Positions 9,490-18,655 of a stretch of 64,000 nt of DNA are shown here, in pieces. Each line of letters starts with the position of its first letter. Positions within the stretch are counted from its first letter, which is position 1. This stretch comes from Deltaproteobacteria bacterium (lineage in GTDB: Bacteria; Myxococcota_A; Polyangia; Fen-1088), in the NCBI GenBank assembly GCA_033763315.1, contig JANRKS010000024.1, positions 128,001 to 192,000 on the forward strand, read 5' to 3'. The notes beneath the pieces are model-generated. The model did no database searches. It saw nothing but the letters and a program-made list of their open reading frames with translations, and was not told the DNA's origin. Made by a program: the position numbers and the translations under genes.

Positions 9490-10662
9490 TCAGACTGTGC
9501 CCATCACCAAGTTGTCACGCGTGATGATGGCGTCGTAGCTGCGGTAGCCAAGCACGCCGCCGATTTCGTCACTGTGGCGGCCCAAGAGGGATCGGCAGGC
9601 TTCGGCGTCGTAATTCACCAGGCCCCGTCCGTGCACCCGCCCCGAGGCGTCGCGAATCTCAACCAAGTCGCCCTTATCAAACGTGCCTTCAACGCCCAGC
9701 ACCCCGATGGGCAGCAGCGAGGCTTTGTGCTCCATCAACGCCCGTAAGGCGCCGTCGTTGATGACCACGGCGCCGCGACGGCGTCCCGAAACGGCGATGT
9801 GCCGCCAGCGAGCGGCGCGGCGTTCTTTGGGAAAAATAATGGTGCCAAGATCCTCGCCCGCCAGCAGGCGTTCGACCACGCGCGGCTCGTTTCCGCTGGC
9901 GATGATGACGTTGGTGCCTTCGGCCGTGGCCAGGCGCGCCGCCTCTAGCTTGCTGGCCATGCCGCCCGTGCCGCCGGCCGAAACGCCCGACGCCGCGGCC
10001 AGACTTTGCTCATCCACACCCTCAAGCTGCACGATGCGCTGGGCCTCGGGATGCGTCTTTGGGTTTTGATCGTAAAGCCCTGCCACGTCGGTCAGCAGCA
10101 CCAGCAGATCCGCATCCAAGGACGTGGCCACCAACGCGGAAAGGCCATCATTGTCACCGAACACCGGGCGGTCGTCGGGCACATCGCCGCCGCGCCGCTG
10201 GTGCTCCATCAATTCGCGCACACTGACGCTGTCGTTTTCGTTGATGACCGGGATCGTGCCCAATTCAAGCAGGCGCATGAGCGTGGTGCGCACGCATAGG
10301 GCGCGATCGCGATCGCCGAGATCTTCTTGGGTCAGCAACACCTGCGCCGCGGTCACGCCCAGATCGCCAAAGGCGCGGGCGTACATCGCCATGAGGTGGC
10401 CTTGCCCCACGGCCGCACAAGCCTGCCGCAGCCCCAACGAGCGCGGCCGTTCCTTGAGACCCAGCTGCCGCATGCCCATGCCCACCGCGCCGCTGGAAAC
10501 GAGCACAACGTCCAGGCCCGAAAGCCGCAGCCGCGCCAGCGACTCGACGATGCCCATCAAGCGCCCGAGCGCCAGTTCAACCCCATCGTGGGTGACCACC
10601 TGGGTTCCCACTTTGACCACCAAGCGGTGGCTTTCAGCTAAGGCGCGACGTTCGGGGGACAT
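9490..10662 (-). CDS. proB: glutamate 5-kinase with PUA domain
   Basis: VVKVGT, VSSGAV, AAVGQ, INENDSV, FGDNDGL, GTGGMASK, C-terminal PUA (SLLPIGV). Confidence 0.96.
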   Translation of the reverse strand: MSPERRALAESHRLVVKVGTQVVTHDGVELALGRLMGIVESLARLRLSGLDVVLVSSGAVGMGMRQLGLKERPRSLGLRQACAAVGQGHLMAMYARAFGDLGVTAAQVLLTQEDLGDRDRALCVRTTLMRLLELGTIPVINENDSVSVRELMEHQRRGGDVPDDRPVFGDNDGLSALVATSLDADLLVLLTDVAGLYDQNPKTHPEAQRIVQLEGVDEQSLAAASGVSAGGTGGMASKLEAARLATAEGTNVIIASGNEPRVVERLLAGEDLGTIIFPKERRAARWRHIAVSGRRRGAVVINDGALRALMEHKASLLPIGVLGVEGTFDKGDLVEIRDASGRVHGRGLVNYDAEACRSLLGRHSDEIGGVLGYRSYDAIITRDNLVMGTV

Positions 10663-10804
10663 AAGGCCGACCAATTTACCTCATCGGCGCCCAAAACCCA
10701 GTCCGGTTGGCGCGGCAGGCACGTGTTGTGCGGGTGGACATTTGGCTTTGGCCAGGCCGCCAGCACTCGACAAGCACCCAGCGCGCGGGGTAGACACGGC
10801 CATC

Positions 10805-12010
10805 ATGAGCGCGGTCAACAAGCTATTCATCGAAGACATCAATGTGGCGGGTCAACGGGTCATCGTTCGCGTTGACTTCAACGTACCTCTTAAAGACGGC
10901 GTGGTTGAAAACGACAAGCGGTTGCGCGCCTCGTTGCCCACCATCACGTATTTGCGCGACAAGGGCGCAAAAGTGATTTTGATGTCGCATCTGGGCCGCC
11001 CCGATGGCCAACGCAAACCTGATATGAGCTTGGCACCGGTGGCCAAAGCGTTGGGCGAGATCTTGGGCACGAACGTGAAGTTCGCCTCGGATTGTGTGGG
11101 CCCCGCGGCAGAACAAGCCGTGGCGTCGTTGGCCGCCGGCGAAATCTTGTTGCTTGAGAACCTGCGCTACCACGCCGCGGAAGAAGCCAATGATCCTGCG
11201 TTTGCAAAACAGTTGGCGTCACTCGCCGACGTTTATGTGAATGACGCGTTCGGCGCCGCTCACCGCGCGCATGCATCCACCGAAGGCATCACGAAGCACA
11301 TCAAGCAAGCCGCTTGCGGTTACTTGATGAAGAAAGAGCTCGATTATTTGGGCACCGCTTTGGCGAACCCAGCGCGTCCTTTCGTGGCTGTGATTGGTGG
11401 CTCGAAAGTGTCTAGCAAGATCGACGTGATCCAAAACCTGCTCACGAAGGTCGACAAGCTGCTGTTGGGCGGCGGCATGACCTATACCTTCTTGAAGGCG
11501 CAGGGTTATGAAATCGGCAACTCGTTGTTCGAGGCCGATAAGGTTGAATTCGCAAAACAACTGTTGGCTCAAGCGGGCGATAAGTTGGTGCTGGGCAGCG
11601 ACTTCTTGGTCACGGATAAGCTCGACTTCGGTGGCCGCAAAGTTGGTGCCACCAAGATCGTGGGGCGCGATGGCATCACCCCAGGCTGGGAAGGCGTGGA
11701 CATCGGGCCCGCCACAATCGCCGAATTCGAGAGCATCCTCACCAACGCAAAGACGGTGATCTGGAATGGCCCTGTGGGCGTGTTCGAGATCGATGAAACG
11801 GCCAAGGGAACTTTGGCTGTGGCTGCGGTTTTGGCAAAGGCCACCGCCGCTGGCGCCACCACCATTATCGGTGGCGGGGATTCAGCCTCGGCGGTGAAGA
11901 AGGCAAAAGTTCAAGACAAGGTCTCGCACGTGTCCACGGGCGGCGGCGCTTCGCTTGAATTCTTGGAAGGCAAAACGCTTCCCGGCGTCAACGCGCTCAC
12001 GAACCGCTAA
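10805..12010 (+). CDS. pgk: phosphoglycerate kinase
   Basis: RVDFNVPL, SHLGRP, LENLRY, NDAFGAAHRAHAS, WNGPVGVFE, GGGDS, STGGGASLEFLEG. Confidence 0.98.
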   Translation: MSAVNKLFIEDINVAGQRVIVRVDFNVPLKDGVVENDKRLRASLPTITYLRDKGAKVILMSHLGRPDGQRKPDMSLAPVAKALGEILGTNVKFASDCVGPAAEQAVASLAAGEILLLENLRYHAAEEANDPAFAKQLASLADVYVNDAFGAAHRAHASTEGITKHIKQAACGYLMKKELDYLGTALANPARPFVAVIGGSKVSSKIDVIQNLLTKVDKLLLGGGMTYTFLKAQGYEIGNSLFEADKVEFAKQLLAQAGDKLVLGSDFLVTDKLDFGGRKVGATKIVGRDGITPGWEGVDIGPATIAEFESILTNAKTVIWNGPVGVFEIDETAKGTLAVAAVLAKATAAGATTIIGGGDSASAVKKAKVQDKVSHVSTGGGASLEFLEGKTLPGVNALTNR

Positions 12011-12026
12011 CAAACCATACCGCACC

Positions 12027-12068
12027 AAAGAAGGGCTGGTTGCTTGTTCGCGGCCAGCCTTTTTCTTT
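12027..12068. terminator. bidirectional intrinsic terminator between convergent pgk and DUF1552 gene
   Basis: AAAGAAGGGCTGGTTGC-TTGTTC-GCGGCCAGCCTTTTTCTTT stem-loop with A and T tracts on either side. Confidence 0.75.
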
Positions 12069-13593
12069 AAGCCTGCATGAGAGGCATACCGTTCGACGCG
12101 GTCTCAAGCACACCGGACACGTACTTGCCCGTGTATGAGCCGTCGATCAAAGGGTTGCCATAGCCTGCCACGCCTGGCTTTTCGAATTCCGAACGAGGCA
12201 CACCCATCGATTGTAACGCCGTGGCCAACCAACGGTTCCAGGTGAGGCCCACGTATTCTGTAAAGCCGGCAGCTTCAAGGTTGCGGCGCGATTGCGCGCG
12301 CCCCGTGTTCCGGTAATCGATGTATTGCCCCGTCTTGAAAAAGCCAGCCGCAGAGCCCGCGGTGACCAGCGGCAAGCCACACGCTTCATGTGTATTGAAG
12401 CCCGACTCCTGTGACCACGCGATGAGCGTGTTGTCCAAGAAGGTGCGGCCTCCCGCTTCTTCAACGTCCAACTTGCGCGCCAAATCCAGGAACGCCCACG
12501 CGAAGGCGTTGCGGTTGTGCGCCACCAAGCGCGACTGCGCGTCTGGGTTTGGCCAGTTGTGTGCGGTGTCCTGATGCCAAGATCCTGAGAAGGGCACGAG
12601 CGGCTCGGCGAGGCTCATCGAAGCCACGCGTGTGGTGCCACACATGAACGCCATGACGATCACGTCGTTGAGCAGCCCCAGCTTCTTCTTCTGATCACCT
12701 CCCGTGTTGTTGGCGTCAACGGCAGGCTTTGCAAAGCCCTGACACGATGCCGTGGGCGCCGTGGTGGTGACTTTGCGCTGCAGCTCTGCGAGGCGGGCGA
12801 TGTGATCGTCGAGCCGTTGTTTGTCCGTGGCTGAAAGCCGCCGGTCACTTTCGCGCAGGCTCTTGTAGTTCGCCAAGATCTTATCCACGATCGGTTTGCG
12901 GGCCGCGACTGGTGTGGCGCTTGGCTTCACAAACAGCTTGTCGAATAGCGCCAACGAGCTTGTCTCGCGGCCGATCTCCTGAATGGTGCCAGACTTGGTC
13001 TGCGGGTTTGACCAATTCCATGAATATCCACCCCGCGTGCCGGTGACGATGCTGCGCTCTTTGATGCCAGCCAGATCGCCCGCCGAATAGAACGACGGCG
13101 ACCACGCCATGATCTGATCGATGGTTGGCATCGGTGATTTTTGCGCCTGTTGACCAGGCGTGCCGTTGCCATCATTGCGGGCGTAGTTGCCTAAGTGGCC
13201 ACCCGTGTTGTGGGCGATGTAAAACGGGATGTCGAGGCCGCGCACGACGTTGATCTTCGAAAGCAATTGCGGGGTCAGCACGCCGCTCGGCGCGCGCAAC
13301 ACGGGGCACACGCCCACTTCGCCGCCACCTTGGTCGGACAGCTTCAGCGGTCCCGCACCCGCGGTGTGCCCCCCGAAAATGGCTTCCTTCGTCGTGGCCG
13401 AGGCCGCGGGTGGAAACATGTTTTCGGGCAGGACCCCACCGTGGTCGGTCATGAAAGCGACGAAGCGCGGGCGGGCAAGAAAACCCGCATCGGCCCCGTA
13501 GGCTTTCGACATCAGTGACGGCAACCAGGGCAAACCAACGCTGGCGCCCGCACCGAGCAATACAAGGCGCCGAGAAACTTCATTCGATGCCAT
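12067..13593 (-). CDS. DUF1552-family Tat-exported protein
   Basis: Twin-arginine SRRLVL...GLPWLPSL leader; PTIDQIMA, LSATDKQRLDDH...ELQRK, AFMCGTTRVAS, TFLDNTLI, H....LPLVTAGSAAGFFKTG. Confidence 0.85.
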   Translation of the reverse strand: MASNEVSRRLVLLGAGASVGLPWLPSLMSKAYGADAGFLARPRFVAFMTDHGGVLPENMFPPAASATTKEAIFGGHTAGAGPLKLSDQGGGEVGVCPVLRAPSGVLTPQLLSKINVVRGLDIPFYIAHNTGGHLGNYARNDGNGTPGQQAQKSPMPTIDQIMAWSPSFYSAGDLAGIKERSIVTGTRGGYSWNWSNPQTKSGTIQEIGRETSSLALFDKLFVKPSATPVAARKPIVDKILANYKSLRESDRRLSATDKQRLDDHIARLAELQRKVTTTAPTASCQGFAKPAVDANNTGGDQKKKLGLLNDVIVMAFMCGTTRVASMSLAEPLVPFSGSWHQDTAHNWPNPDAQSRLVAHNRNAFAWAFLDLARKLDVEEAGGRTFLDNTLIAWSQESGFNTHEACGLPLVTAGSAAGFFKTGQYIDYRNTGRAQSRRNLEAAGFTEYVGLTWNRWLATALQSMGVPRSEFEKPGVAGYGNPLIDGSYTGKYVSGVLETASNGMPLMQA

Positions 13594-13609
13594 AGGGGGA
13601 TCCTCCGCC

Positions 13610-13648
13610 CAAAAGCATCAGTGACCGGGGGTGCAAAAGCACCAGTGA
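13610..13648. promoter_or_regulatory. 15-bp direct repeat (24-bp period) upstream of the DUF1552 gene
   Basis: CAAAAGCATCAGTGA (13610-13624) and CAAAAGCACCAGTGA (13634-13648), one mismatch. Confidence 0.4.
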
Positions 13649-13706
13649 GAACCCTGGCTGTCGTTGGATTCGGCCGAAGTCGTACCTCAAGGCGGAAAGC
13701 CCACGC

Positions 13707-14708
13707 TCAGCTGGCCTTTTGCTTTGCCACCTGTGAATCCACTGAAAACTGGCTCGTGGCGTCTTCCATCATCAAGCGCGTCACGTCGGCGACCGCATGT
13801 TGCGCTTGCCATCCCAGCAACCGCGCCGCCTTACTAGCGTTGCCTTGGCTACGCAGAATGTCACTTGGCCGAAGCAGCGATTCATCGACGTTCACGTGGC
13901 TTTCCCAACGCAGCCCCACGTGAGCGAAGACTTGGGCCACGTACGCTTTGAGTGATGAAGTTTGGCCCGTGGCGATCACGAAATCACTTGGGATCGGCTG
14001 TGCCAACATCAAGCGCATGGCTTCCACGTACTCGGGCGCCCACCCCCAATCGCGCTCGATGTCGAGGTTGCCAAGCCTTAGCGTTTCGGCGCTGCCGTTG
14101 GCAATGCGCCGCGCGGCTTGCACCACCTTCTTTGTGACGAAACGCTCTGGCCGCAGCGGTGATTCGTGATTGAACAGAATCCCCGAGCAGGCCCAAATAC
14201 CGTACGCGTCGCGGTAGTTCGCCACCGTCCAGTAGGCCGTCGCTTTGGCCACGCCATACGGGCTGCGGGGCGCAAAAGGTGTTTGCTCTGTGGCACCGCC
14301 GGGCGGAGTTTCCCCAAAGCACTCGCTTGAGCACGCGTTATAAAAGCGTGCGTTTGCCTTGAGCAAGCGCAACGCCTCCAAAATGTTCAACGTGCCGGTC
14401 GCGATGCTCTCCAGCGTTTCCACCGGCTGCTCGAACGATAAGCTCACCGAGGACTGCCCGCCCAAGTTGTAGATCTCATCGGGCTGCACATCCAACAGCG
14501 TTTGGATCACGCTGCGAAAGTCTGTGAGCGCCATCGACACGCAGCGCACCCGTTCGGCAATGCCCAGCGCTTTGAGGTTGGCAAAGCCACACGACTGAGC
14601 GTCACGTGACGTACCCACCACATCGTATCCCCGGTCCAGCAGGCTGCGGGCAAGGTAAGCGCCATCTTGGCCGGAGATCCCGCTAATCAAGGCGCGTTTG
14701 TTGGGCAC
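13707..14708 (-). CDS. gmd: GDP-mannose 4,6-dehydratase
   Basis: GISGQDGAYL, PDEIYNLGGQSSV, SSECFG, PRSPYGVAK, GILFNHESP.R...FVTKK, LGNLDIERDWG. Confidence 0.88.
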   Translation of the reverse strand: MPNKRALISGISGQDGAYLARSLLDRGYDVVGTSRDAQSCGFANLKALGIAERVRCVSMALTDFRSVIQTLLDVQPDEIYNLGGQSSVSLSFEQPVETLESIATGTLNILEALRLLKANARFYNACSSECFGETPPGGATEQTPFAPRSPYGVAKATAYWTVANYRDAYGIWACSGILFNHESPLRPERFVTKKVVQAARRIANGSAETLRLGNLDIERDWGWAPEYVEAMRLMLAQPIPSDFVIATGQTSSLKAYVAQVFAHVGLRWESHVNVDESLLRPSDILRSQGNASKAARLLGWQAQHAVADVTRLMMEDATSQFSVDSQVAKQKAS

Positions 14709-14828
14709 AGCTTTCCCCTCAAGGATGTCGACACGGGCCGATGAGCCGTTAAGGGCGCCGGTGCGGATTGTTTCGGCGCGCGTGCGTTACCCACATGCGC
14801 CCACGAGCGCCTCCGCCAGCAAAAGCTT

Positions 14829-17399
14829 ATGCTGAAGCACGTCATGGGTTGGCTCGACCGGATTGCTTCCAAGATCAACGCAGAGCTGCAGCCGCAAACG
14901 CTGAGCGAAGACGAACGCGGGCAGTTGGCGCTGGCCCTTGCCTATTTGGATCGCGGTGACTTGAAAGACGCCGAAGATCGTTTGAGGCCCCTGCTGGCGC
15001 AACACCCTCGTCGGGCAGACGTGTTGATGGCGGCGGGCCGGTTGGCCTGGGCACAAAATGACCTTGAGCAGGCCGTGGTGTTGTTTGGCCGCGCCGTGGA
15101 TGGGGCGCCTGAAACCACCAACGCGTGGCTCTCGCTTTGCGAGCTGCTGCTATTGCTCCGCCGGTATGAGCCTGCGCTTGATGCTGCACGGAAGGTGATG
15201 CTGTTGGCAGAAAACGCCACCACCTTGGCGCGCGCGCATTGGCGAGGGCAAGCGCTGTGGCTGCAAGGCCGCGTGGCCTTGGCGCAAGAGCGGATGCAAG
15301 ACGCGCGACGCTTGCTGGAGGAAGCGCGCGCCCACGGTGTGGCCGATGCGGATGTGGCGGCTGACCTTGCACGGGCGCTGCTGGCGCAGAACGCAAAGGA
15401 CGCGGCCTCGTGGTTCTTGTTGGCTGCGAAGCAACCCGGTGCGAGCGTTGACCTCGTGTTGCAGGCCGCGCGTTTGCAAACAGATGCGCTTGTGGCGATT
15501 GACGTTTTGCGATCTGCGATCTCACGTTCACAAGCGCCGCAGGATCTGCTCAGGCTGCATGGTTGTTTGGCGTATAAGTGCGTCTTGCGTGGCGACGACG
15601 AAGCGGCCGCGGCGTCACTCGATGTGCTTCCCGCCGCTGACCTTGATGCGGTGGATCACGCGTCGAGCGCAGAGTTGGCCTATGCGTATGCCCATCTTGG
15701 CCGTTATGCGCAGGCGTTGGCATGGGCGGCGCGCGCCGGCACAAAGATCAATGCCGACCTGCAGTTGCTGTGGGCGCTTGGCAACCAAGACAAGACGGCG
15801 TTGGGCGAATTTGCAATTCGCATCGAAGCACAACAACCAACACTCGCCGCCTTGTTGTCTTCTGCGTTTGCCAATCCACCCAACATCGATTCGCTATTGC
15901 ACATCTTGGCAAAGGCGCCCGCAAACACACGCCGGTTCTGGGCAAACCATGTAGCGCCGCCGGCGCCCGCCGACACGCATGCCGCCGCTCTATTGCAATC
16001 CTTCATTGAAACGATAAAGCCATTGGTAGGGGCAGCGGATCTGGCGTGGGCGGCCACCCGCGCTTTGGCGCAAATCGATCGCCCCTTGGTGGTCGCCCTG
16101 TTGGGAGAGTTCAACGCGGGCAAGTCCACGTTGGTGAACCAGCTGGTAGGCGAAAGCTTGGCACCCGTGGGTGTAAAGCCCACCACAGCCACGCTCAATA
16201 CATTCCGGCACGGCATCGGCGGAGCGCATGTGCTTTACCGTGGTGCCACCGGCCGTAAAACACGCCACCTTACGACGGCGCAAGTGCAGCCTTTTCTGAG
16301 CACGCTGAGCGATGAAGATGCCGCCAACATCGACGTGGTGGAGATCTTCTTGCCCGAACCACATCTGCAACACTTCGAATGGGTTGACACTCCCGGCCTC
16401 AACGCCCCCCGCGAGGCGCACGAGCGGCTCACGAAACGTTTCATGAGCAGCGCTGATCTTGTGATCTGGGTGTTGTCGGCGCAGCAAGCGGCCAAGGCTT
16501 CGGAAGTGGCAGTCTTATCGGAACTGTTCGAAGCGCACACGCCGGTGCTTGCGTTGCTCAACAAAATTGATCAGGTCGACGACGCCGAGCTGCCAGCGAT
16601 TCGTGATTCGGTCGCAGAGGCTTTGGGAAAATCGATCATCGCCATCCTGCCCACAAACCTTCGTGATCCCACGGCCGCGCAAGCGGGGCGAGCCCAGGTG
16701 CTGCAGACACTGGACGATTATGCTTTACCTCGCATGCTGGCGCTCAAGCAGCGCTCGGCGCTGGCGACATTGCGTAAGTTGATCGCGGAGGCGCAGACCC
16801 TTGTGAAAGACTCCGTGCCAGTAGAACCCGCGATACCGCAGCACACGGATGTCGCTAACGACATTCAACGTGCAGGCGCGGGTTTTGATCCCACCCTGTT
16901 CGCAGCGATGGGACCGTTGGCGCAATCGCTTGCTGAAGAAAGCAACACCGACCGCGTTATCGAAACCGTGGTCGCAAAGCTGTCGGACGTAATCACAGGC
17001 TTTGTTGTGGACTCGTCCATGGTACAGGACGAAGGATTGTTTCGAGACTTAGCGCAACGGTATGTTGCTCAGGCGCGAGGCCGCTTGGAAGGCGGACTCG
17101 CCGAACAGTTCGTGCGGCACCGCGACGGGGGCGAACGTCGGCGCGCGCTTGAGTTGGCGCTACCCGACCCCGAACGCTTTTTGTGGGCGCCGTGGCGCCA
17201 AGCGCGCCACGATCTTGCGGCCACGCGGGCGGCGGAGCACAAGCGGCGGTTGGACGAAGACGCCGCCCGCAAAACGTTGCTCGAAGCCCGGTTCGCCGCG
17301 CCATTGGCAGTTGTGCAAGAGCAGTCGGAGCGTGCGTGGGATGAACTCGTTCGTGTCTCATCCGCGAGCGTGAGCGGGCCGACGGCCCATCCCGCATAG
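14829..17399 (+). CDS. TPR-repeat / dynamin-family GTPase fusion protein
   Basis: N-terminal TPR-like repeats over about 400 aa; G1 GEFNAGKS, G2 PTT, G3 DTPGLN, G4 NKID; helical C-terminus. Confidence 0.85.
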   Translation: MLKHVMGWLDRIASKINAELQPQTLSEDERGQLALALAYLDRGDLKDAEDRLRPLLAQHPRRADVLMAAGRLAWAQNDLEQAVVLFGRAVDGAPETTNAWLSLCELLLLLRRYEPALDAARKVMLLAENATTLARAHWRGQALWLQGRVALAQERMQDARRLLEEARAHGVADADVAADLARALLAQNAKDAASWFLLAAKQPGASVDLVLQAARLQTDALVAIDVLRSAISRSQAPQDLLRLHGCLAYKCVLRGDDEAAAASLDVLPAADLDAVDHASSAELAYAYAHLGRYAQALAWAARAGTKINADLQLLWALGNQDKTALGEFAIRIEAQQPTLAALLSSAFANPPNIDSLLHILAKAPANTRRFWANHVAPPAPADTHAAALLQSFIETIKPLVGAADLAWAATRALAQIDRPLVVALLGEFNAGKSTLVNQLVGESLAPVGVKPTTATLNTFRHGIGGAHVLYRGATGRKTRHLTTAQVQPFLSTLSDEDAANIDVVEIFLPEPHLQHFEWVDTPGLNAPREAHERLTKRFMSSADLVIWVLSAQQAAKASEVAVLSELFEAHTPVLALLNKIDQVDDAELPAIRDSVAEALGKSIIAILPTNLRDPTAAQAGRAQVLQTLDDYALPRMLALKQRSALATLRKLIAEAQTLVKDSVPVEPAIPQHTDVANDIQRAGAGFDPTLFAAMGPLAQSLAEESNTDRVIETVVAKLSDVITGFVVDSSMVQDEGLFRDLAQRYVAQARGRLEGGLAEQFVRHRDGGERRRALELALPDPERFLWAPWRQARHDLAATRAAEHKRRLDEDAARKTLLEARFAAPLAVVQEQSERAWDELVRVSSASVSGPTAHPA

Positions 17400-18638
17400 C
17401 GCTTTCATTTCACAACGGCGCAAGGGATTCTCCAACCACACCACGTTGCGGCTCTCCTGACCGGCAAGCAGGACGTCAAGGTCGGTGTCGCCGTCCATGT
17501 CAACCAGGCGCAGATCGTAGGCGCTTTGAGCGGCGGCTAAATCGTGACAAGAAAAGCGCCCCTGGCCTTCGTTGCGAAACCATTTTGCAGTGGCCGATGT
17601 TGTCGTGGCGGTGACAACATCCACATCGCCATCACCGTCGATGTCGCCCAACGCCAATGCATGCGGCCCTTCCAAAGATTCGTCCAAGGAATGGGTTGTT
17701 GTGAACGCGGGACCTTCAAACCACAAAACGCCCTTCCCGTGGCCACGAGACGCAACCAGATCGGGGCTGCCGTCGCCGCTGATGTCCGCAATCAGAATGT
17801 TCGTTGCACCGGGGTGCAAGCCCGGCAAAAGGTGCTTCTTCCATGGCAGCGCTGGATCGCCGTTGCGTGACCAATATGCGAAGTAGCTACCCAGCTTCGC
17901 TCCGGTGGCTATCTCGGGCAATCCGTCAGCATCCAGATCGCCCACACCCAAGTAATGATTGAAACCCGGCGCGTCGCCCGCGGCCACCACCACACGCGGC
18001 CACAAACCGCTGCGGCGCGGGTTGCTGGGAACCTTGTAAAAGACCACTGAATCGGAGAGCGGCCCGTCGGGCTGGTTGCTGTTCGAAAAAAGTTCAACAC
18101 GGCCATCGGCATCAAGATCGGCCACGGTCAGACCGTGAATGCCATGCACGCCTCCGGCGGCCAAGGAATCGATCTCTCGATAGGCCCAAGGTTCATTTAA
18201 CGGATGTGCCGGGCGTTCAAGCCAAAACATCAACCCGGGCATATACTGGCCACCAACATAATCAGCGTCACCGTCGCCATCCACGTCGAAGCTTGCGCTG
18301 TGCATGGCGGTGGCACCTTGGTGCAACGGAATTTCGCGCCAGTCGGGGGCCACGTGCAAGAGCGTGCGCTTGCCGAATCGATCGGACGAGATGACGTCCA
18401 CAAGCTTATCCCCCGTGAAGTCAGCCGCGATGGCTGTCCAAGCGAACGTGTCCTTCGCGATAACGTGTTTCTTCCAAGGTGCCGTCGTTGATTCGTGCGT
18501 CAACCGCGGCGTGGCGATGTGGGGATTACCACCGCACGTGGTTGTAATCGGCAGCAATAAAAAGGGCGTCGCTGCACGCGAGCAACCCCGAAGGACGGTG
18601 TAGACGCGTGAACCGATCGCAGACCGAGCTCTTTTCAT
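17358..18638 (-). CDS. FG-GAP/VCBS-repeat beta-propeller protein, probable lipoprotein
   Basis: Repeated DxxGDGxxD Ca-binding motifs (DVDGDGDAD, DLDADGRVE, DISGDGSPD, DIDGDGDVD, DMDGDTDLD). Start uncertain; 3' end overlaps the dynamin gene by 42 bp. Confidence 0.85.
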   Translation of the reverse strand: MKRARSAIGSRVYTVLRGCSRAATPFLLLPITTTCGGNPHIATPRLTHESTTAPWKKHVIAKDTFAWTAIAADFTGDKLVDVISSDRFGKRTLLHVAPDWREIPLHQGATAMHSASFDVDGDGDADYVGGQYMPGLMFWLERPAHPLNEPWAYREIDSLAAGGVHGIHGLTVADLDADGRVELFSNSNQPDGPLSDSVVFYKVPSNPRRSGLWPRVVVAAGDAPGFNHYLGVGDLDADGLPEIATGAKLGSYFAYWSRNGDPALPWKKHLLPGLHPGATNILIADISGDGSPDLVASRGHGKGVLWFEGPAFTTTHSLDESLEGPHALALGDIDGDGDVDVVTATTTSATAKWFRNEGQGRFSCHDLAAAQSAYDLRLVDMDGDTDLDVLLAGQESRNVVWLENPLRRCEMKALCGMGRRPAHARG

Positions 18639-18655
18639 CGGAAACAATTACACGG

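Noticed and set aside
10124-10804. Long N-terminal extensions in the ORF track for pgk (also hisF, lutC, cysS, metG and the kinase 49011-49739)
   Set aside because: They overlap neighbouring genuine genes; family homology begins at downstream ATGs.
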